A stretch of 10,870 bases of DNA from assembly GCA_048882385.1 (NCBI GenBank), contig JBHLRQ010000103.1:1-10870 (forward strand), in the 5' to 3' direction. The notes beneath the pieces were generated by a model, which searched no databases, was not told the DNA's origin, and saw only the letters and a program-made list of their open reading frames with translations. Positions 6,024 through 10,870 of this stretch are shown here, piece by piece. The translations under genes and the position numbers were made by a program. The DNA is from Candidatus Thorarchaeota archaeon. GTDB taxonomy: Archaea; Asgardarchaeota; Thorarchaeia; Thorarchaeales; Thorarchaeaceae. Positions within the stretch are counted from its first letter, which is position 1; each line of letters begins with the position of its first letter.

Positions 6024-6809
6024 ATGGCTGAGGACCTGGTTCTCTATGATGTAGAAGATATGATAGCAACAATCACAATCAACCGTGAGGAGAAGTATAA
6101 TGCATTCAACCTCTCGGTTAAGGAATCACTGCTTAGGATGTTCAAACGGGCAGAAGAGGACTCAAGAGTCCGAGTCGTTGTTGTCACAGGTGCAGGTGAA
6201 AAGGCGTTCATCTCTGGTAGTGACATTACAGATTTCGTGGGACGTGATTCGGAGAGCATCAAAGATGTTGTATGTCCCAGTCGTGATATAACTGAATACA
6301 TGACATCGATGAGCAAGCCAATAATTGCTGCTATCAATGGGTATGCTCTTGGTGGTGGATGCGAGTTGGCTCTTGCGTGCGATATCCGTTATGCATCATC
6401 CAATGCGAAACTTGGTCTTCCAGAGATTAATCTAGGAACCATCCCTGGAAACGGAGGAACCGTCCGACTTCCGAGGCTTGTTGGGCTGGGAATCGCAAAA
6501 GAACTAATCATGACTGGTGGCAGGATAGATGCTGAAGAAGCCCATCGAATAGGACTTGTGAACAAAGTCTTCAGCTCCCAGGATAAACTAAATGAGGGTG
6601 TAATAGATCTCGCGAAGAAACTATCTCAGATGCCTGGAGTTGCACTTGGTTTAGCAAAGCAATCAATTCAGAAATCTTGGGAATTATCACTCCATGAACA
6701 TCTTGCATTCGAGCTCCATGCATTTTGCCAGACCTTTGATACTGAAGATAAGGAAGAAGGTGTTGCAGCCTTCCTTGAGAAACGTAAACCAGAATTCAAA
6801 CATATGTAG
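6024..6809 (+). CDS. Enoyl-CoA hydratase (crotonase-like), 261 aa, paralog of 3261..4046
   Basis: AFISGSD, GGGCELALACD, LPEINLGTIPG. GGAGTGAGG RBS before ATG 6024. Aligns without gaps to the upstream paralog. Confidence 0.95.
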   Translation: MAEDLVLYDVEDMIATITINREEKYNAFNLSVKESLLRMFKRAEEDSRVRVVVVTGAGEKAFISGSDITDFVGRDSESIKDVVCPSRDITEYMTSMSKPIIAAINGYALGGGCELALACDIRYASSNAKLGLPEINLGTIPGNGGTVRLPRLVGLGIAKELIMTGGRIDAEEAHRIGLVNKVFSSQDKLNEGVIDLAKKLSQMPGVALGLAKQSIQKSWELSLHEHLAFELHAFCQTFDTEDKEEGVAAFLEKRKPEFKHM

Positions 6810-6813
6810 CTAC

Positions 6814-7749
6814 CTAAGACCTCAGAACTTGGAGATGTCCCTCCTCAAGAGCTACACGGTCGGTCTTACAGAGAAGTTCAATGTGTTTGTCAATCATGAA
6901 TTCTTCAAATACATGATAGGCCGGATGTGGAATTCTAGGATATATTATTGGAATTCGAGCTAGCTCTTTCACTGTATCTTTTCCAGTTGCAATATAGTTG
7001 AGAATCTCTTCATCGCGTTTCTGGAAGAATCCCAGATACCATCGTAGTTGCTCTTCAAGATTATCTGTCACAGGCTCTAGAAGATGGCTGCTAATACCCA
7101 TTTTGGGTTGGAGATTGATTATTCGCTCTATTGACTTTTTAAAGTCCTCAAGATCACTTACAGCATTTCCGTACCAGGGTCCAAAATCTGTAAGGTCAAT
7201 GTCCACAAGAAGTATCTTCTCATAGCCATTGATACCAAAACATGTATGATCATGTGTATGACCTGGCGAATGGATAGGAATTAGTTGCACCTCGCCACAA
7301 TCTATCGGTCGATTATTGCTGAAAGTTCCATCTACAATATAGTCCTCTCTGACATGCGGAAGTCTAGATGTCAGTAGATCTAACCAGTGAGCCTTTATCT
7401 CTGGACTGTCAATTCCGATGAATTTCATCATTGTCTGAAATTTCTCAACACCATCTTTTGCTAATGGATGACATATGACTTCACAAGCAGACAAACTTCG
7501 TAGATATGCTGCATAACCCTTATGATCTGCATGATAGTGTGTTAGGATGATGCAGTCAAGATCTTCAGGTTCATGTCCGAGATCTTTGAGAGTTGAGAAG
7601 ACTTGATTTGGATGAGAGCCAGCATCCACAAGAGTGAGTATCTCATCATCGACTAAGATTGTATTTGCCTCTGGGAAACGAGCTTCATTTGCGCCTCTGA
7701 TAAGATGAACACCAGGTTCAATTTCAACATGTACTGGATAGTCTGGCAT
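6814..7749 (-). CDS. Metallo-beta-lactamase-fold hydrolase, 311 aa
   Basis: LVDAG, THYHADH (HxHxDH), SPGHTHDH, bridging Asp in VDIDL and terminal His in ISSH, plus a helical C-terminal extension. Confidence 0.92.
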   Translation of the reverse strand: MPDYPVHVEIEPGVHLIRGANEARFPEANTILVDDEILTLVDAGSHPNQVFSTLKDLGHEPEDLDCIILTHYHADHKGYAAYLRSLSACEVICHPLAKDGVEKFQTMMKFIGIDSPEIKAHWLDLLTSRLPHVREDYIVDGTFSNNRPIDCGEVQLIPIHSPGHTHDHTCFGINGYEKILLVDIDLTDFGPWYGNAVSDLEDFKKSIERIINLQPKMGISSHLLEPVTDNLEEQLRWYLGFFQKRDEEILNYIATGKDTVKELARIPIIYPRIPHPAYHVFEEFMIDKHIELLCKTDRVALEEGHLQVLRS

Positions 7750-7838
7750 TATCTATCTCGTTATTAAGACACTACATAACTCTCATGGTAGGACAATCTA
7801 TATGCTCCCTTGTGCCTTCATTTTTGAAAGTGATATCA

Positions 7839-9296
7839 ATGAGCGACCGTCTTTTTGCCATCTTTGATATAGGAACAACTGGAACACGATCCGTGATTGT
7901 AGATGAAGAGGGTCGTGAGATAAGTAAAGCATATGAGGAATATCCTTCAAAACCACCAGAGCTAAAGACCCACGAACAGCTTGCAGATACATTCTGGCGT
8001 ACTTCAGCTAATACCATGCAGCGTGCAATAGCTGGATGCAAATATGGAGCTGAAGCAATCAATGGTGTTACAATTGCAACAACTAGAGATTCTATTACTC
8101 CGATTGATAAAGATGGCAGACCTTTAGCACCAACTGTAACTTGGGTTGACAATCGATCTACTGAGAAAAGCAAAGAAATGGCCGCTGAAATTGGACCCCG
8201 AAAAAGTGTCAATAAACTGATGTGGTTCATTGAGAACAAGCCAGACCTCTTTAAAAAAGCGTACAAATGGGTGTTATTGGACGCATATGTGGGGAATAAA
8301 CTGTGTGATGTAATTGCTAGTTCTCCAGCAGATGCCCGATTTGGTCCTATTGACCACGATTCGCTTCAATGGTCGGAAGAACTTTGTGATGCAACAGGAA
8401 TTCCAATTGACAAGCTTTCTGATATTGTTGACTCAGGTACGCCAATTGGTGATATTAGTGACTCTGCAGCGAAGGCAACTGGTTTCAGAAAAGGAACTCC
8501 TGTCATTATGGGAAGCGGTGACCAACAATGTTCTGCATTAGGAATGGGTGTATTTGAAGAAGGTCGTGTTAAGGCAACAACTGGAACTGGAACTTTTGTC
8601 ATTACCCACTTAGATGATTTCCTAGAAGAACCCTTTGTCATGTTTTGTAATCCTTCAGCAATCCCAGGAAAGTGGATTCTTGAAGGAGTCGCTCCGGGTA
8701 CAGGTCTTACTTACAAATGGTATAGAGATCAGTACTGTGAACCAGAAATTGCACTTGCCGCTCAGACAGAGAGAGATGTCTATCAGATTATTGAATCATC
8801 CGCAGCCTCAGTTCCAGCTGGTAGTGATGGGTTAGTCGTCTTTCCATTCATGGCTTATAACTTGGGAATATTCCATCATCTTGGTTTTAACCACACAAAG
8901 GCACACGTTGCTAGAGCTATCATGGAAGCCAATGGATACAGTATCCGTATGTATCTCGAAATGATGGAGGGTATGCTTGATCTTGAATTTGAGGAGCTTC
9001 GTATTGATGGTGGAGGAGCAAATTCACCATTATGGCGTCAAATACAAGCTGATTGCACAAACAAGACAGTCGTACTACCAAAAGTCAGAGACTCAACAGT
9101 GATTGGTGCTGCAATGTTGGGGGCTGTAGGGACTGGTGTATATGGAAGTTACAAGGAAGCATATGAGAACATGTTTCATGTTGAAGAACGACGAGTGCCT
9201 ATTCCGGAAAACGTTGAGGTGTACAAGGATCTCTATTCAGTTTTCAATAAACTACTGAATGCAGAAATGGGAAATATCCTTGAAGCCACATCCTAG
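7839..9296 (+). CDS. FGGY-family carbohydrate kinase (glycerol/xylulose kinase-like), 485 aa
   Basis: FDIGTTGTRS, WVDNR, GSGDQQ, KATTGTGTF, ARAIMEA, IDGGGA and GAAMLG. GTGA 5 nt before ATG 7839 and the usual N-terminal length favour 7839 over 7785. Confidence 0.93.
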   Translation: MSDRLFAIFDIGTTGTRSVIVDEEGREISKAYEEYPSKPPELKTHEQLADTFWRTSANTMQRAIAGCKYGAEAINGVTIATTRDSITPIDKDGRPLAPTVTWVDNRSTEKSKEMAAEIGPRKSVNKLMWFIENKPDLFKKAYKWVLLDAYVGNKLCDVIASSPADARFGPIDHDSLQWSEELCDATGIPIDKLSDIVDSGTPIGDISDSAAKATGFRKGTPVIMGSGDQQCSALGMGVFEEGRVKATTGTGTFVITHLDDFLEEPFVMFCNPSAIPGKWILEGVAPGTGLTYKWYRDQYCEPEIALAAQTERDVYQIIESSAASVPAGSDGLVVFPFMAYNLGIFHHLGFNHTKAHVARAIMEANGYSIRMYLEMMEGMLDLEFEELRIDGGGANSPLWRQIQADCTNKTVVLPKVRDSTVIGAAMLGAVGTGVYGSYKEAYENMFHVEERRVPIPENVEVYKDLYSVFNKLLNAEMGNILEATS

Positions 9297-9305
9297 AATG
9301 AGTAT

Positions 9306-9590
9306 CTACTGATCATCCTCTTGCTGATCTTCCCATATTCGCCCGAAGAAGACGTATGCGAGCACAAGCTCAGAACCAGAGATTGGCTCCATGCCATTGG
9401 CTTCGCGTGACTCTTTTGCACGTTGAGCCAGATATTCGATTGACTCACTAATTGTGTCTTCATGGTCCCAAGCTTCTTTGGCAAGATTGACAATGGTTTC
9501 AAATCGATCATTTGAAATTGCAAGAGCCTCAGTGAGTTTCTCTGCTTCGTGGTCGTCTATATTCAATGTGCCAAGTTCGTACGATCGCAT
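9306..9590 (-). CDS. Small acidic hypothetical protein, 94 aa
   Basis: ATG with AGGTG RBS about 8-9 nt upstream and an AT-rich TATA-like tract near 9628-9638. Protein-like helical composition. No family recognised. Confidence 0.75.
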   Translation of the reverse strand: MRSYELGTLNIDDHEAEKLTEALAISNDRFETIVNLAKEAWDHEDTISESIEYLAQRAKESREANGMEPISGSELVLAYVFFGRIWEDQQEDDQ

Positions 9591-9756
9591 AAATCAATAC
9601 ACCTAGCGAACCCAAGTATGCTCTCCTTTTAATTTATCTTGCCTATCATGATTCGAATTCTCAGACTTAGTCAATCCGAAATGCTTGTATTGTGCATACG
9701 CGTCCCAAAGAATGAGACGGACATCAATTCATCTGACTCACAGGGACAAGATACGT

Positions 9757-10870
9757 ATGGGCGAATCTGATTTCGATGTTGTTGTGATTGGTGGTGGCAG
9801 TACTGGTACTGCAGTAGCTCGTGACTGCGCGATGAGAGGTCTAAGAACACTTCTGTTGGAACGTGACGACATAGCCTCTGCAACTGTTGGTACTTGCGCG
9901 GGAATGATATCATCAGGTTTCAAGTATCGTGAGGAACCGGACATTATGAAGTTGTGTTCGAAAGAAGTGGTCTATTTCAATCGAATCGCTCGTCATATAG
10001 TAATGAAGAATCCAATGCTTGCTCCAATAATTAGTTTGAGTGATGTGTCGCGTGACAGCTCCTACGCTGAAGCATATGCTGAGAACGCGGACGAGAGAGA
10101 CGTTCCACAAATGCTGATTATAACTCCGGAGGCTGCACTGGAGATTGAGCCATCTATCCATCCTGATATAATCGCTAGCGCATATTATGAAGAATTCTTT
10201 ATTGATCCCTTCAGATTATGTATGCTTCAAGCATTAGATGCAATTAACCATGGAGCTATAGTGAAGACCTATTGTGAAGTAGTTGGATTCGATGTCAATG
10301 AAAAGGACGGCATTGTTCAGGGAGTATCCTATTACAATCGTGTGACCGGAGCGATAGAGTCCGTTCAATCTAAGATAATCGTAAACGCTGCAGGTCCATG
10401 GGCCCACAAACTTGCTGGAATGACGACTGCTACACTTGACCTTCGACTTAACAAAGGGGCCCATATAATCTTCGATCGGAGGATTGTGAATGTCGGAGTT
10501 ACAGCTAGAGGGGTTGATGGTAGATGGGTATATCTATTTCCTCATGAGAATACAACTCTTCTTGGAACGACTGCCCTAGATACATGGGAAGATCCTGATT
10601 CCTTAGTGGCATCTTTTGATGAGATTGAATATCTTCTGCAAAGTATAGAATTAGTGATTCCATCGATTCGTGAGAATCGGATAATAAGAACAATGGCTGG
10701 AATACGACCACTCGTTCCAGAATGGAAAATACCAGAAGATAAGGTGACAAGAGGATACGAAATAGTTGACCATGAAGATCGAGATGGCCTAAGGGGCATA
10801 ATTAGCTTCACAGGTGGAAAACTTGTGATGTGCCGACACATGGCTGAAGCCGCTACGGATTTAGTCTGTA
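9757..10870 (+). CDS. FAD-dependent glycerol-3-phosphate dehydrogenase/oxidase-like protein (GlpA/GlpD family), 3'-truncated; absent from the ORF track
   Basis: Manual translation, open for 371 codons to the window end: MGESDFDVVVIGGGSTGTAVARDCAMRGLRTLLLERDD...IDPFRLC...GA...IIVNAAGPWA...KGAH...LLGTT...AGIRPL...TRGYEIVDH...GGKLVMCRHMAE. An in-frame ATG at 9712 is an alternative start. Confidence 0.92.
   Translation, partial: MGESDFDVVVIGGGSTGTAVARDCAMRGLRTLLLERDDIASATVGTCAGMISSGFKYREEPDIMKLCSKEVVYFNRIARHIVMKNPMLAPIISLSDVSRDSSYAEAYAENADERDVPQMLIITPEAALEIEPSIHPDIIASAYYEEFFIDPFRLCMLQALDAINHGAIVKTYCEVVGFDVNEKDGIVQGVSYYNRVTGAIESVQSKIIVNAAGPWAHKLAGMTTATLDLRLNKGAHIIFDRRIVNVGVTARGVDGRWVYLFPHENTTLLGTTALDTWEDPDSLVASFDEIEYLLQSIELVIPSIRENRIIRTMAGIRPLVPEWKIPEDKVTRGYEIVDHEDRDGLRGIISFTGGKLVMCRHMAEAATDLVC

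Noticed and set aside
3246-8835. Numerous antisense or alternate-frame ORFs inside ECH, NTR, HAD, MBL and kinase (e.g. 3281..3610, 6044..6337, 7772..8266)
   Set aside because: They are shadow ORFs. The similarity between the two antisense ECH ORFs only mirrors the sense-strand paralogy.
427-9308. Frequent TAG stops as a sign of genome-wide amber recoding
   Set aside because: Six genes end in TAG, at natural C-termini where the family is known, and no gene is interrupted internally by TAG or TGA. The standard code fits.
9710-9737. ATGA...CTGA as a SECIS or C/D-box-like element
   Set aside because: The spacing is too short for a SECIS helix, the box C match is poor, and there is no UGA-containing selenoprotein candidate in the window.
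9671-10841. Minus-strand ORFs in the last 1.2 kb
   Set aside because: All are antisense to the uninterrupted GlpA-like reading frame.
1-10870. CRISPR arrays, tRNA/rRNA, transposases or terminal inverted repeats
   Set aside because: No periodic repeats, cloverleafs or mobile-element ORFs were seen. Intergenic gaps are all under about 170 nt and are explained by promoters or terminators.

Overview
Gene-dense window of about 14 CDSs (first and last truncated) that looks archaeal: GGAGG/GGTGA-type ribosome-binding sites, TATA-like boxes, and an SCP-x thiolase-DUF35 pair. An Asgard/Thorarchaeota-like origin is my inference only. It holds a lipid/acyl-CoA metabolism cluster in this order: enoyl-CoA hydratase (partial), thiolase + DUF35, a minus-strand trio (orphan, 2x[4Fe-4S] ferredoxin, 2-TM protein), an operon ECH - nitroreductase-fold flavoprotein - 3-hydroxyacyl-CoA dehydrogenase - ECH, a metallo-beta-lactamase-fold hydrolase, an FGGY kinase, an acidic orphan, and a GlpA-like FAD dehydrogenase (9757 to window end) that the ORF track missed. 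The main oddities are: (1) a nitroreductase sits inside the beta-oxidation operon, with no acyl-CoA dehydrogenase in view, and is in frame with the upstream ECH across a single TAG followed by a hairpin; (2) the GlpA homologue and the FGGY kinase both have altered substrate motifs; (3) the ferredoxin probably starts at a non-AUG codon; (4) there are bacterial-style hairpin terminators and several palindromes over predicted transcription starts. I saw no RNA genes, CRISPR arrays or mobile elements.
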